DNA of 64,000 nt from the NCBI GenBank assembly GCA_005889345.1, contig VBFR01000183.1:1315-65314 (forward strand), written 5' to 3'. Both the position numbers and the translations under genes were made by a program. Each line of letters starts with the position of its first letter. The first letter of the stretch is position 1. A model generated the notes under the pieces. That model was not told the origin of the DNA and ran no database searches. It saw only the letters and a list, made by a program, of their open reading frames with translations. The DNA is from Chloroflexota bacterium. GTDB taxonomy: Bacteria > Chloroflexota > Dormibacteria > CF-121. Positions 18,374-27,286 of this stretch are shown in pieces.

Positions 18374-19353
18374 CAGTTCTTTCCGAGCAGCGCCCTGGCC
18401 GTTACGATCACGTCCGCCTTGCCCGGGAAGGCGATCTTCTCCAGGCGCTTGTTGTAGGGCGCCGGCACCTCGGCGGCGCCGATCCGCGCGACCGGCGCGT
18501 CGAGATAGTCGAACGCTTCCTCGTAGACGCGCGAGGCAATCTCCGAGCCGACGCCGTACGAGCGCCAGCCTTCTTCGACCGTGATCAGCCGGCTCGTCTT
18601 CTTGACCGATTCAATCACGGGCGCCATGTCCAGTGGACGCAGGGCCCGCATGTCGACCACCTCGGCGCTGATGCCCTCTTTTTCGAGCTCGGTCGCGGCG
18701 TCCATGGCCACGATCAACATACGGGAATGCGCGCAGATCGTGATGTGCTCGCCCGCTCGCTTCACCTCGTTCTTGTCCAACGCCACCAGGTGGTCGCCGT
18801 CGGGGACCTCCCCCTTGACCGCGTAGGTGCCTTCGTTCTCGATGAACATCACCGGGTTGTCGTCGCGGATCGCCGACTTCAACATGCCCTTGGCATCGGC
18901 GGGAGTGCCGGGCGCGACAACCTTGAGGCCGGGGACGTGGGCGAACCAGTTCTCGTGGCTATGTGAATGCTGCGCTCCGAGCTGGTGGCCGCCGCCACCC
19001 GGGGTGCGGATGACCAGCGGAACCTTCGTCCCACCGCCGAACATGTAGCGGATGTGTGCCGCGGCGTTGACCACCTGGTCCATGGCGACCATGATGAAGT
19101 TGACGGTCATCATCTCGGCGACCGGCCGCAGCCCCGACATCGCGGCGCCAATGGCGGTGCCGATGATGATCTCCTCGGCGATGGGCGTGTCGAGCACGCG
19201 CTTCTCGCCGAACTCCTTCATCAAGCCGCGCGTCACCTTGAAGGACCCGTCGTAGAGGCCGATGTCCTCGCCCAGCAGGAACACCGACTCGTCGCGTTTC
19301 ATCTCCTCGCGGAGCGCCTGGTTGAGCGCGTCGCGCATGGCAAGAACGGCCAT
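18373..19353 (-). CDS. pdhB: Pyruvate dehydrogenase E1 beta subunit
   Basis: GEDIG.YDG.FKVT, DTPIAE, GLRPVAE, GAQHS. Confidence 0.95.
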   Translation of the reverse strand: MAVLAMRDALNQALREEMKRDESVFLLGEDIGLYDGSFKVTRGLMKEFGEKRVLDTPIAEEIIIGTAIGAAMSGLRPVAEMMTVNFIMVAMDQVVNAAAHIRYMFGGGTKVPLVIRTPGGGGHQLGAQHSHSHENWFAHVPGLKVVAPGTPADAKGMLKSAIRDDNPVMFIENEGTYAVKGEVPDGDHLVALDKNEVKRAGEHITICAHSRMLIVAMDAATELEKEGISAEVVDMRALRPLDMAPVIESVKKTSRLITVEEGWRSYGVGSEIASRVYEEAFDYLDAPVARIGAAEVPAPYNKRLEKIAFPGKADVIVTARALLGKN

Positions 19354-20369
19354 CAGCTTGCCGCCTCGCCGGCGTAGACGTCGCGATAAAGATCTTTGGG
19401 ATCCGGGTCCGGACTCTCCTCCGCGAACTTCACCGCCTCCTCGACCTGGGCGGTGACCTCCTCATCGATGCGCTGGATGTCGTCATCCGAGAGCATCTTC
19501 TGCTTCTTCATCTGTTCGCCAAGGCTGAGGATGGCGTCGCGTGTCTGCCATTCCTTGATCTCGTCCTTGCCGCGGTAGGTGTCGGGGTCCGACATCGAGT
19601 GGCCGCGGTAGCGATAGGTGACGCATTCGAGCAGGCTCGGCTCATGCTTCTCGCGGGCCTGGGCGACCAACTGGTCGGTGATGCGCCGCACGGCGAGTAC
19701 GTCCATCCCGTCGACCCGTTCGCCCGTCATGTCGTAGGCGCAGGCCTTCTTCCAGATCTCGGTGACGGCCGAGGCCCGGTTGACCGCGGTGCCCATACCG
19801 TAGAGGTTGTTGACGCAGATGAAGACGATCGGCAGGTGCCAGAGCTTGGCGACGTTCAGCGATTCGTGGAAGGCGCCGATGTTCGTCGCACCGTCGCCGA
19901 AGATGCTCATCACGACTTCGTCGGTGCCCTGGTAGTTGATGGCGTAGGCGCTGCCGCAGGCGATCGGGAGCGCTTGCCCGACGATGGCGTAGCCGCCGTA
20001 GAAGCGGTGTTCCTGGCTGAAGAGGTGCATCGAGCCACCCCGGCCATGCGAGGTGCCGGTCTCCTTGCCGAAGAGCTCGGCCATCACCGCTTTTGGCTCG
20101 ATCCCCTTGGCGATGGCGTGGCCGTGCTCGCGGTAGGTGCTGTAGACATAGTCCGCGGGCCGCAATGCCGAGATGGTGCCGACGATGGTCGCTTCCTCGC
20201 CGATGTTGAGGTGGCAGAAACCGCCGATCTTGGCGGCCTGGTACATCTCGGCGGTTTTCTCCTCGAAGCGCCGGATCAGCAGCATCTCGCGGTAGAGCTT
20301 GAGCAGGGTCTCCTTGTCGGAAAGTGCCGCCTTCGACCGGCTCTCGGCGGCTCGCTGTTCGACTTTCAT
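19353..20369 (-). CDS. pdhA: Pyruvate dehydrogenase E1 alpha subunit
   Basis: IGGFCHL, YREHGH, GRGGSMH, TPP motif GDGA...NN, YRYRGHSMSDP. Confidence 0.95.
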   Translation of the reverse strand: MKVEQRAAESRSKAALSDKETLLKLYREMLLIRRFEEKTAEMYQAAKIGGFCHLNIGEEATIVGTISALRPADYVYSTYREHGHAIAKGIEPKAVMAELFGKETGTSHGRGGSMHLFSQEHRFYGGYAIVGQALPIACGSAYAINYQGTDEVVMSIFGDGATNIGAFHESLNVAKLWHLPIVFICVNNLYGMGTAVNRASAVTEIWKKACAYDMTGERVDGMDVLAVRRITDQLVAQAREKHEPSLLECVTYRYRGHSMSDPDTYRGKDEIKEWQTRDAILSLGEQMKKQKMLSDDDIQRIDEEVTAQVEEAVKFAEESPDPDPKDLYRDVYAGEAAS

Positions 20370-20449
20370 GACGGCTCCTGGGACGCGCGCTGGAAAATGG
20401 GCTGCAAAACCCCCCTATTGTAGTGGCGAGGAGCGCAAATTCCGGGGCG

Positions 20450-21271
20450 TCAAACCGCCGTGGGCGGCTTGCTGGCTCTGAGTGAAAAGAAGAGCGGCAG
20501 CTTGCCGTCCAGCTCGGGTGGCAGGCGATAGCGGCCATCGTCGGAGGGGAGCAGGAAGGAGACCGGCCACTCGCAAAACGTGAACTCGTGGAGGAATTCC
20601 ACGAGAAGGCGCGACGTCGCGAGCCCGCTGACGATCTCGCCCAGGCTGTGGTTCCAGGCGTACTCGTGCTCGGCCTTCACGCGCGCCGTTCGGTCGGCAT
20701 AGGAGCCCTGCGGCTTGAACACGAGCGGCTCGCGCGTCGTGAAGTACGGATACCGAAGGCGGAGTTCGGTCACGCCGTCGTCGTCATCGAAGACCTGCGC
20801 GAACGGGTGAATCTCCGTGATGTAGAAGGCGCCGCCTGGCTTCAGGAAGTGCGCGACGACCTGCGCCCAGCGCTCGATGTCCGGCAGCCAGCCGAGTACC
20901 CCGCGTGAGGTGTAGACGATGTCAAAGCTTCCCGGGAGCAGCGCGGGCAGGTCGTAGAGGTCGGCGCAGACGAAGGTGGCGGGCAGCGACAGTTCGGCGG
21001 CTAGCGCGCGCGCCTGCTCGATCCCCGCCGGCGAAAAATCGGCGCCGGTCACCGTCGCGCCGAGCCTCGCCCAGGACAGGGTATCGAGGCCGAAGTGGCA
21101 CTGGAGGTGGAGCAGGGTCTTGCCCTCGACGGGACCGACCTCCTCGATCTCGTAGGCGCGGAGCCTGCTGTGACCGGCCCTGAAGGCGTCAACCTTATAG
21201 AAGTCGGACTGGTAATTGATGCGGGTCCACTCGTCCCAGAGCTCGCGGTTCGCCTGGAGGTACCTATCCAT
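20450..21271 (-). CDS. Class I SAM-dependent methyltransferase
   Basis: [12 protein letters not shown] motif I variant, [20 protein letters not shown] overlaps the queF stop. Confidence 0.85.
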   Translation of the reverse strand: MDRYLQANRELWDEWTRINYQSDFYKVDAFRAGHSRLRAYEIEEVGPVEGKTLLHLQCHFGLDTLSWARLGATVTGADFSPAGIEQARALAAELSLPATFVCADLYDLPALLPGSFDIVYTSRGVLGWLPDIERWAQVVAHFLKPGGAFYITEIHPFAQVFDDDDGVTELRLRYPYFTTREPLVFKPQGSYADRTARVKAEHEYAWNHSLGEIVSGLATSRLLVEFLHEFTFCEWPVSFLLPSDDGRYRLPPELDGKLPLFFSLRASKPPTAV

Positions 21272-21668
21272 CGCCGCGGCTGGCGCCGTTCGGCGAGTAT
21301 CCCTTCTGCGTATGACGGGCCGTGACCACCGTCTTGATGTTGCCGCGGACATTGAAGTCACCGACGACCTCCATGAATCGCGGATCGAGCAAGGTTACGA
21401 GGTCATCGAGGATTCGATTCACGGCTGCCTCGTGGAAGATCTCCCGGTCGCGAAACTTGTTGATGTAGAGCTTCAGCGACTTGAGCTCGACCAGCTTCTG
21501 GTCGGGGATGTACCGGATGTGGATCGTGGCGAAGTCGGGGAAGCCGGAATCAGGCGCCAGGCAGGTGAACTCGGGAATCGTGAAGTCGATCTCGTAGTCA
21601 CGCTCCGGCTTGTCGTTTTTGACCGCCTCGAGGGATGACTCGGCGATCATCTTGGCCCCGTATTTCAT
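21264..21668 (-). CDS. queF: PreQ0 reductase QueF homologue (type I) with atypical active-site loop
   Basis: [24 protein letters not shown] QueF motif, FHE, FNVRGNI. Confidence 0.85.
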   Translation of the reverse strand: MKYGAKMIAESSLEAVKNDKPERDYEIDFTIPEFTCLAPDSGFPDFATIHIRYIPDQKLVELKSLKLYINKFRDREIFHEAAVNRILDDLVTLLDPRFMEVVGDFNVRGNIKTVVTARHTQKGYSPNGASRGDG

Positions 21669-21710
21669 TGGTCAATGCTAGCCCACAAGAAAGGCCAGGA
21701 CCGGCGTTTA

Positions 21711-21815
21711 TAGGCGGCAATGACGGAATCCCAGGGCGGGCCCCCTGATTCGTAGGCCGTCGGCGAAGACGTGGCCGCGGCCGATGCTGCCCTCGGATTA
21801 TCGGTTGGCCGCCTA
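21711..21815. ncRNA. Candidate ~105-nt structured RNA or long hairpin
   Basis: Nested stems 21711-21718/21808-21815, 21727-21739/21787-21799 and 21755-21761/21768-21776. Confidence 0.35.
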
Positions 21816-21817
21816 AC

Positions 21818-22867
21818 TCAGGGGGTAACCGTAAAGGCCGTCCGCGAGCTCGTGACGCTGCCGTCGCCGTTGGTCAGCTGGATGACGTAATCCTGGACGA
21901 CGCTCCCGGCCGGCACTTTGACGGTGATGGTCGACGGGTTGACGAGTGTTGCGGCGAGACCATCGAACGCGCCATTGGGGCTGGCGAGCGGAACGAAATG
22001 GACCCGCAGCATAGCGCCGGCGCTAAAACCGCTGCCCTGGATCGTGATGACGGTATCTTGCGCCGACGGCGCGCGGGCCGGGCTGACCGCCTGGATCGAG
22101 AGCCCTGCGCTGGGCGAGCTGGTCGTGTCGCTTCCGCGCAACACCAAGGTCCCGGGGAGCGGCGCCAACGGCATTACAGACCCGGCTTGACCGTGCCACT
22201 TCCCGATGTCGCTCGAGGCGAGGCTGATGGGGAGCGCCTTCCCCGTGGTGGTGAGGATGCCGATCACCTTGCCGCCCGGTCCGACCAGGGGACCGCCGAG
22301 GTTTCCCGGAAGATCATCCACGCGAAGCGTCAGTTGCGAGTCGCTTCGCTCAGTCAGGACGGCCGGCGTCGAGGGCCGCAGGTTCGCCACCTTGGGACTG
22401 GCGAGCAGGACGGCCGGGTCGGCGGGCTGCAGTGCCGCCGCGTCGCCGAAGGGCAGTGGCGTCCCGTCGTTGCTGGCTCGAACCTCGGCGATCCCGAGCG
22501 ACGCATCGATCCCGATCACGCGCACGGGACGGGTGCCGCCGGTGTTGTCGATGAGCCGCAGGCTCTGGCTGCCGTCGACCAGGCTGGCCGCCGTCAGGAA
22601 GTCGCCCTGCGTGTCGATCAGGAAGGCCGTGCCGAACGAGTGCTCGTTGACGATCGTCATCACGCCGGCGAGATCCCGTTCCAGCTCGTCCGGCAGCAGG
22701 ACCGCGGACGGTGGCGCCGTGGGCGTCGGGGTCGGTGCCGGGGTCGCCGTCGGTTGGGCCAGGCGCTGGGCGGCGGTCGGGATCAGGACAGCCAGTCCCG
22801 CCACGACGAGCGCGACCACGAGTGCCGTCAGGAGCTGGTCCTTGCGGAGTCCGCGTAGAGGGCCCAC
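21818..22867 (-). CDS. Membrane-anchored trypsin-like (HtrA-type) fold plus IPT/TIG domain; catalytic triad lost
   Basis: GTAFLID..G.FLTAASLV, LPGNLGGPLV..G.VIGI; C-terminal ITIQGSGF. Confidence 0.75.
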   Translation of the reverse strand: MGPLRGLRKDQLLTALVVALVVAGLAVLIPTAAQRLAQPTATPAPTPTPTAPPSAVLLPDELERDLAGVMTIVNEHSFGTAFLIDTQGDFLTAASLVDGSQSLRLIDNTGGTRPVRVIGIDASLGIAEVRASNDGTPLPFGDAAALQPADPAVLLASPKVANLRPSTPAVLTERSDSQLTLRVDDLPGNLGGPLVGPGGKVIGILTTTGKALPISLASSDIGKWHGQAGSVMPLAPLPGTLVLRGSDTTSSPSAGLSIQAVSPARAPSAQDTVITIQGSGFSAGAMLRVHFVPLASPNGAFDGLAATLVNPSTITVKVPAGSVVQDYVIQLTNGDGSVTSSRTAFTVTP

Positions 22868-22907
22868 AGGCCTTCAACGAAGCAGGGCATCGTATACATT
22901 CATCACG

Positions 22908-24107
22908 ATGCGGCTGCGGAATACCGAAACGAACGCGGTCCAGCCGCTCGAGCCCCATTCCGAACCGGTGCGGCTCTATGTCTGCGGCATCACGCCCTAC
23001 GACACGACCCACCTTGGCCATGCCTTCACCTATGTCGTGTTCGACGTGCTCGTGCGGGTGTTGCGCGCGGCCGGTCAACCGGTCCGCTACGTGCAAAACG
23101 TGACCGACGTCGACGATGACATCATCCGGCGGGCACGCGAGCTCGGTACCACCTGGGATCACCTCGCGGACAAAGAGACGGCACTCTATGTCGACGACAT
23201 GGCGGCGCTCAATGTGCTCGCCCCCGATGTCTTCCCCAGGGCCAGCCAGACGATCCCAAAGATCATCGCGCTGATCGTCAGGCTGGAGGCGCAGGGTCAC
23301 GCGTATCAGCGCGAGGGCAACGTCTATTTCCGCGTAGGGAGCATCGCGGATTACGGGCGCTTGAGCCGGCTGAGCCTTAAGGAGATGATCACCCTGTCCG
23401 CGCAGCGCGGCGCCGATCCGAATGACCCGCGCAAGCAGGACCCGCTCGATTTCGTCCTCTGGCAGGTAAGTGCCCTTGGCGAGCCGCGGTGGGACAGCCC
23501 CTGGGGCGTGGGCCGCCCCGGTTGGCACATCGAGTGCTCGGCGATGGTGCTGGAACACCTGGGCCCGCAACTCGATATCCATGGCGGCGGCGCCGACCTC
23601 ATCTATCCGCATCACGAGAGCGAGATTGCGCAGTCGGAATCCGCGACCGGGGTGCGGCCGTTCGCGCGTATCTGGGCGCACGTCGGCATGCTCCGTTACC
23701 AGGGCGAGAAGATGAGCAAGTCTCTGCGCAACCTGGTCCTCGTCCGCGACCTTTTGACCCGCTACGACGCCGACAGCATCCGGGTCCTGCTGCTCCGCCA
23801 TCACTATCGCGAGCCATGGGAGTACACACCCGACCAGCTCGATGAGGCGGCCGCCTGGACGGCGCGGCTGCGTGCGGCGGCTGGCGGGACACGCCAGGAC
23901 GTCGGCGACAGCGCCTTTGCGGCGCGGGCCGCGCTGGAGAATGACCTCGATACGCCCGGCGCTCTGCAAGTGTTGGAAGACGCCGTGGATGGCGGCGATG
24001 GCGGCTGGCGCGCCACCGCTGACCTTTTGGGGCTGCGGCTTGGTGCCCGTGCCGCGGAGGGGACAGAAATGAAAAAGGCGCTCGGGTGGCGAGCGCCTTT
24101 CTCGTAA
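22908..24107 (+). CDS. Short CysRS paralogue, MshC-like cysteine ligase
   Basis: YVCGITPYDTTHLGH, QRGADP, GRPGWHIECS, HHE, KMSKS; about 399 aa with no anticodon-binding domain. Confidence 0.8.
   Translation: MRLRNTETNAVQPLEPHSEPVRLYVCGITPYDTTHLGHAFTYVVFDVLVRVLRAAGQPVRYVQNVTDVDDDIIRRARELGTTWDHLADKETALYVDDMAALNVLAPDVFPRASQTIPKIIALIVRLEAQGHAYQREGNVYFRVGSIADYGRLSRLSLKEMITLSAQRGADPNDPRKQDPLDFVLWQVSALGEPRWDSPWGVGRPGWHIECSAMVLEHLGPQLDIHGGGADLIYPHHESEIAQSESATGVRPFARIWAHVGMLRYQGEKMSKSLRNLVLVRDLLTRYDADSIRVLLLRHHYREPWEYTPDQLDEAAAWTARLRAAAGGTRQDVGDSAFAARAALENDLDTPGALQVLEDAVDGGDGGWRATADLLGLRLGARAAEGTEMKKALGWRAPFS
24072..24100 (-). terminator. Intrinsic terminator, probably bidirectional
   Basis: AAAAAGGCGCTCG-GGTGG-CGAGCGCCTTT at the junction of convergent genes. 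Confidence 0.75.
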
Positions 24108-24123
24108 TGGGGGAGGGAGTTAG

Positions 24124-24660
24124 TTAGTCGTTTCCCTCGCGGTCGGAGCCGGCCTTCGCCGAGTCACGCGTCTCGGTTTCCGGCTTCTCGACGTCTTGCT
24201 TCTCGACGTCCTGCTTTTCGACGTCCTGCTTCTCGACGTCGGGCTGCTTGACCTCCGCGGTCTGCGCCTTCAGTTCAGCAATCGCCGCCACGTACTCCGC
24301 CTTCAGGCTCGCGACTGCCTTGCAGGCATCAGCGACGATCTCCGTTAGCTGCGCGTTGAGAGCGGTGGCGTCCTTGGCGTCTCCTTCGTCGCTGGTTTCA
24401 GCGACAGCCTCGTCGATGCTGCTGTTCGCCTCCGCCGTAATTTCGGCGAGGGCGGCCGTGGTCTCGGCATTCAGAGCCGTCGCCTCGGTCCGCGCGTCGC
24501 CGGTCAGGGTTGCCGGGTCGGTCAGTACAACGGTTTTAGCGCAAGCGCTAACCGCGGCCTTGGCCGAATCGGCCGTAAGGTTGCCGGCAAAGCCCGCCAC
24601 ACTGGTGTAGAGGGCCAACCCACCGGCGACAATCATCGCGCCGAATACGTTTCGCTTCAT
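24124..24660 (-). CDS. Secreted helical protein with KQDVE repeats
   Basis: Signal peptide MKRNVFGAMIVAGG..FA; C-terminal KQ(P)DVE x4. Confidence 0.75.
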   Translation of the reverse strand: MKRNVFGAMIVAGGLALYTSVAGFAGNLTADSAKAAVSACAKTVVLTDPATLTGDARTEATALNAETTAALAEITAEANSSIDEAVAETSDEGDAKDATALNAQLTEIVADACKAVASLKAEYVAAIAELKAQTAEVKQPDVEKQDVEKQDVEKQDVEKPETETRDSAKAGSDREGND

Positions 24661-24725
24661 GCCATCTAATACGCATTCGGATGGCCGGCTATTCGTAACG
24701 TTGTCGCGACCGGGTAACGCCGGCC

Positions 24726-25154
24726 TTACACAGGTTCGATGAGGCGATGAACCCGCGGTAAGCGCGCCGGGGGAAATGGTGGCAGGTCAGCGGGGCCGCG
24801 GGCTTCCAGTTCGATCCGGAGCACGGCCGTTTCACGCACCAGGCGCTCGACGTCGACCGTCATGCACGCCGGCCGGTACGGCTCCAACTTGGCCAGCCCG
24901 TGCCCGAGCTTCGCCACGGCACCCTTCCAATTGCCTCGCCGCCAGTGATAGAAGCCGACCCCAACCTGCAGGATGCCCTGGTAGAGATAGCGGACCTCGT
25001 CCGGCTCGCGAATCCAGATGCCCTCGAGCGTCTCGTGCTGCTCGAAGAACTCCTGGCGGTTGAATTCCTCGATGCCGTGGAGCAGCGCGTCCGGCGGGGG
25101 GTCGTCGCAGCGCGCGGTGCGGCGGGGCGAGGTCTTCTTTACGTGCGCCTTCAC
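24726..25154 (-). CDS. DUF309 domain protein
   Basis: FN..EFFEQHETLE.IW, YQGILQVGVG.YH..RGN..GA. Confidence 0.85.
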   Translation of the reverse strand: MKAHVKKTSPRRTARCDDPPPDALLHGIEEFNRQEFFEQHETLEGIWIREPDEVRYLYQGILQVGVGFYHWRRGNWKGAVAKLGHGLAKLEPYRPACMTVDVERLVRETAVLRIELEARGPADLPPFPPARLPRVHRLIEPV

Positions 25155-26374
25155 GCCGAGCTCTGGCCGGCGGCCGACGCGCGCGCGGTGTCGCCATCGG
25201 GCGACGCGGCCGGCAGCTCGAGATAGAAGGTTGTGCCTTTGCCTTCCAGGCTGTTGGCCCAGGCGCGGCCGCCATGTGCCTCGGCCACCCGACGCAGCAG
25301 GTACAACCCGAGCCCTTCGCCGCGTGCCGGCTGCTCCTCGGTCAGCGGGCTGAACAGTTCAGCCAGCCGGTCCGCGGACATTCCGGGGCCGTCGTCCTTG
25401 ACGATCAGCTGGCAACGATCGGGGGTTGACTGTCGCAGGCGAAGCTGGACCACGGTCGCGCTCCGCGCGTGCTTGAATACGTTATGGAGCATCTCGTCGA
25501 GCGCCGCCTCGAGCAGGGTCGCGTCGCCCCAGACGTCCGCGTGGGCGTCGAGCTGCAGACGCAGCTCCATGCCGGCGCCTGCCATCCGTTGCCGGATCCG
25601 CTGCGCCGCTGATTGCGCGACGGCATCCAGCGAGACCCGCACGGTGAAGGCCAGCTCCAGCGGAAGCCGTGAGAGCAGCAGGACCTGGTCGGCGATCCGC
25701 ATCAGGGTTTCTGACTGCTGGGCGAGGCGCTGCGCCACCACGGTCATCTGATCGGGGGGCACCTCGTTGTTGCTCAACATGTCGGCGTAGCCTCGCAGGA
25801 TCTCCAGCGGCTCCTTCACCTCCTCGGAGGCCAGCCGAATCGCGGATACCGGTGTGCGGGACCGGCCGTTGAGTGAGGTTGATCCGGGTCGCAGTCGCGG
25901 GGCGAGCAGTCCGGCCACCACCAGCAGTAGGTCCTGCTCCTCCGCGGTGAACACGCGGGCGCTCTTGCCCAACACCGCCAGCGTGCCGGTCACCTCTCCC
26001 TCCGCGTTGCGCAACTCGGTTCCCAGGTAGCTGCTGATGTCGAACTGCTGCCGCATGGCCAGCCGCTTGAAGGGCTGGCGTTTGGAGGCGTCGCGAACAT
26101 TGATCAGGCCCGAGTCGCTCTCCTCCTCGGCGGCGCCGAAGGTATCCTCCAGCGGTAGACGGGTACCCTGCTGGATCGCGGGTCCGCTCTCGACCTGGGC
26201 CGCGATGATCTCCAGCGTCTCGCCATCGATCTTGCCAAGGAACGCCGCCCGAGCGTCGAGCGCCTGGACCAGGCAGCCGATCGCGCTGTCGATGACATCG
26301 AGAACGGGCTTGTCGAGATTGGCAACCACCAGGCGGCGGACCAGGCTGAGGTGCGGCTGGCGGTCAGGGCTCAT
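25151..26374 (-). CDS. GAF + HisKA-like + HATPase protein lacking the phosphoacceptor His
   Basis: GAF SYLG..L....G...GTL; H-box SEEVKEPL; N box HNVFKHA, DDGPGM, GEGLGL. Confidence 0.8.
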   Translation of the reverse strand: MSPDRQPHLSLVRRLVVANLDKPVLDVIDSAIGCLVQALDARAAFLGKIDGETLEIIAAQVESGPAIQQGTRLPLEDTFGAAEEESDSGLINVRDASKRQPFKRLAMRQQFDISSYLGTELRNAEGEVTGTLAVLGKSARVFTAEEQDLLLVVAGLLAPRLRPGSTSLNGRSRTPVSAIRLASEEVKEPLEILRGYADMLSNNEVPPDQMTVVAQRLAQQSETLMRIADQVLLLSRLPLELAFTVRVSLDAVAQSAAQRIRQRMAGAGMELRLQLDAHADVWGDATLLEAALDEMLHNVFKHARSATVVQLRLRQSTPDRCQLIVKDDGPGMSADRLAELFSPLTEEQPARGEGLGLYLLRRVAEAHGGRAWANSLEGKGTTFYLELPAASPDGDTARASAAGQSSA

Positions 26375-26407
26375 GAAGGGGTGCCCACGGTTATAACATG
26401 CCCACCA

Positions 26408-27286
26408 TTGCCAGAGGTATCCAACGGGCGGGCGAACCTGCACCTGCACACGATCTTCAGCGACGGTGAGCTCACACCTGCAGAGGTTGTCGCGGCTCAC
26501 GCCGCCGCGGGGTTCGACGTCATCGCCCTCACCGACCACGACACGCTGGCCGGGATCGATGCCCTCGCCAGCCTGGAGGGCCACGGCCTGCGGATGATCT
26601 CAGGCGTCGAGCTGTCGATCGAAGATGAACCCGGTCGCGGCCTGGTCGACGCCCATCTACTCGGCTACGGCTTTGCCCTCAACAACCGGCGGCTACGCAA
26701 CCGCCTGCATCAAGCGAGCGAGGCGCGCGAGGCGCAGAAACGGCAAACGGTCGACCGGCTGGCGGCGGCCGGCTACCGGGTGACATGGGAGGCGGTGCGC
26801 GCCGGCGCGCGTGGCAACGTCGGCAAGCCCCATATCGTGGCGGCCATCGAGGCAATGCAGCCGGGCGTGGCGCGCGAAGAGTTGTACGCCGTGATGGGAC
26901 CAGGTGGGGCGGCACATGTTCCGCGCGCCACTGAGATGTCGTTGGATGAGGCCGTGGATATGGTGACGGCGGCGGGAGGCGTCACCGTGCTCGCGCACCC
27001 GGGAGTCTACCGTCATGTGCGCGACCTGCAGGTACTGTTTCGGGCGTGCGCTGTGGCAGGGGTGCTTGGGCTGGAGGTCACCTATCCGCAGGCACCCGAT
27101 GACCCCTATGGGCCGAAGAGTGCCGCGTTGATGGATCGTTTCCAGAAGGTCGCGGCCTCCTACGGTTGGGTGGCAACCGGCGGCGACGACTTCCATGGGC
27201 CTCGCGTCACACCGCTTATCCGATTGGCCGCCTGGACCGCCACGCCGGCGGCCGTTGCCGACCAGGTGCTCGCCCGCCGCAGCTAG
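26408..27286 (+). CDS. PHP domain phosphoesterase (TrpH/YciV-like)
   Basis: HLHTIFSDG, ALTDHDT, GVELS, AHP, TGGDDFHG. Confidence 0.9.
   Translation: MPEVSNGRANLHLHTIFSDGELTPAEVVAAHAAAGFDVIALTDHDTLAGIDALASLEGHGLRMISGVELSIEDEPGRGLVDAHLLGYGFALNNRRLRNRLHQASEAREAQKRQTVDRLAAAGYRVTWEAVRAGARGNVGKPHIVAAIEAMQPGVAREELYAVMGPGGAAHVPRATEMSLDEAVDMVTAAGGVTVLAHPGVYRHVRDLQVLFRACAVAGVLGLEVTYPQAPDDPYGPKSAALMDRFQKVAASYGWVATGGDDFHGPRVTPLIRLAAWTATPAAVADQVLARRS

Noticed and set aside
21669..21817. preQ1 or SAM riboswitch ahead of queF and the methyltransferase
   Set aside because: No consensus recognised, and queF appears leaderless
22908..24107. Canonical cysS
   Set aside because: Too short, lacks the anticodon-binding domain and has MshC-type motifs; gene symbol withheld
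24185..24250. CRISPR-like repeat
   Set aside because: Coding KQDVE repeats of a secreted protein
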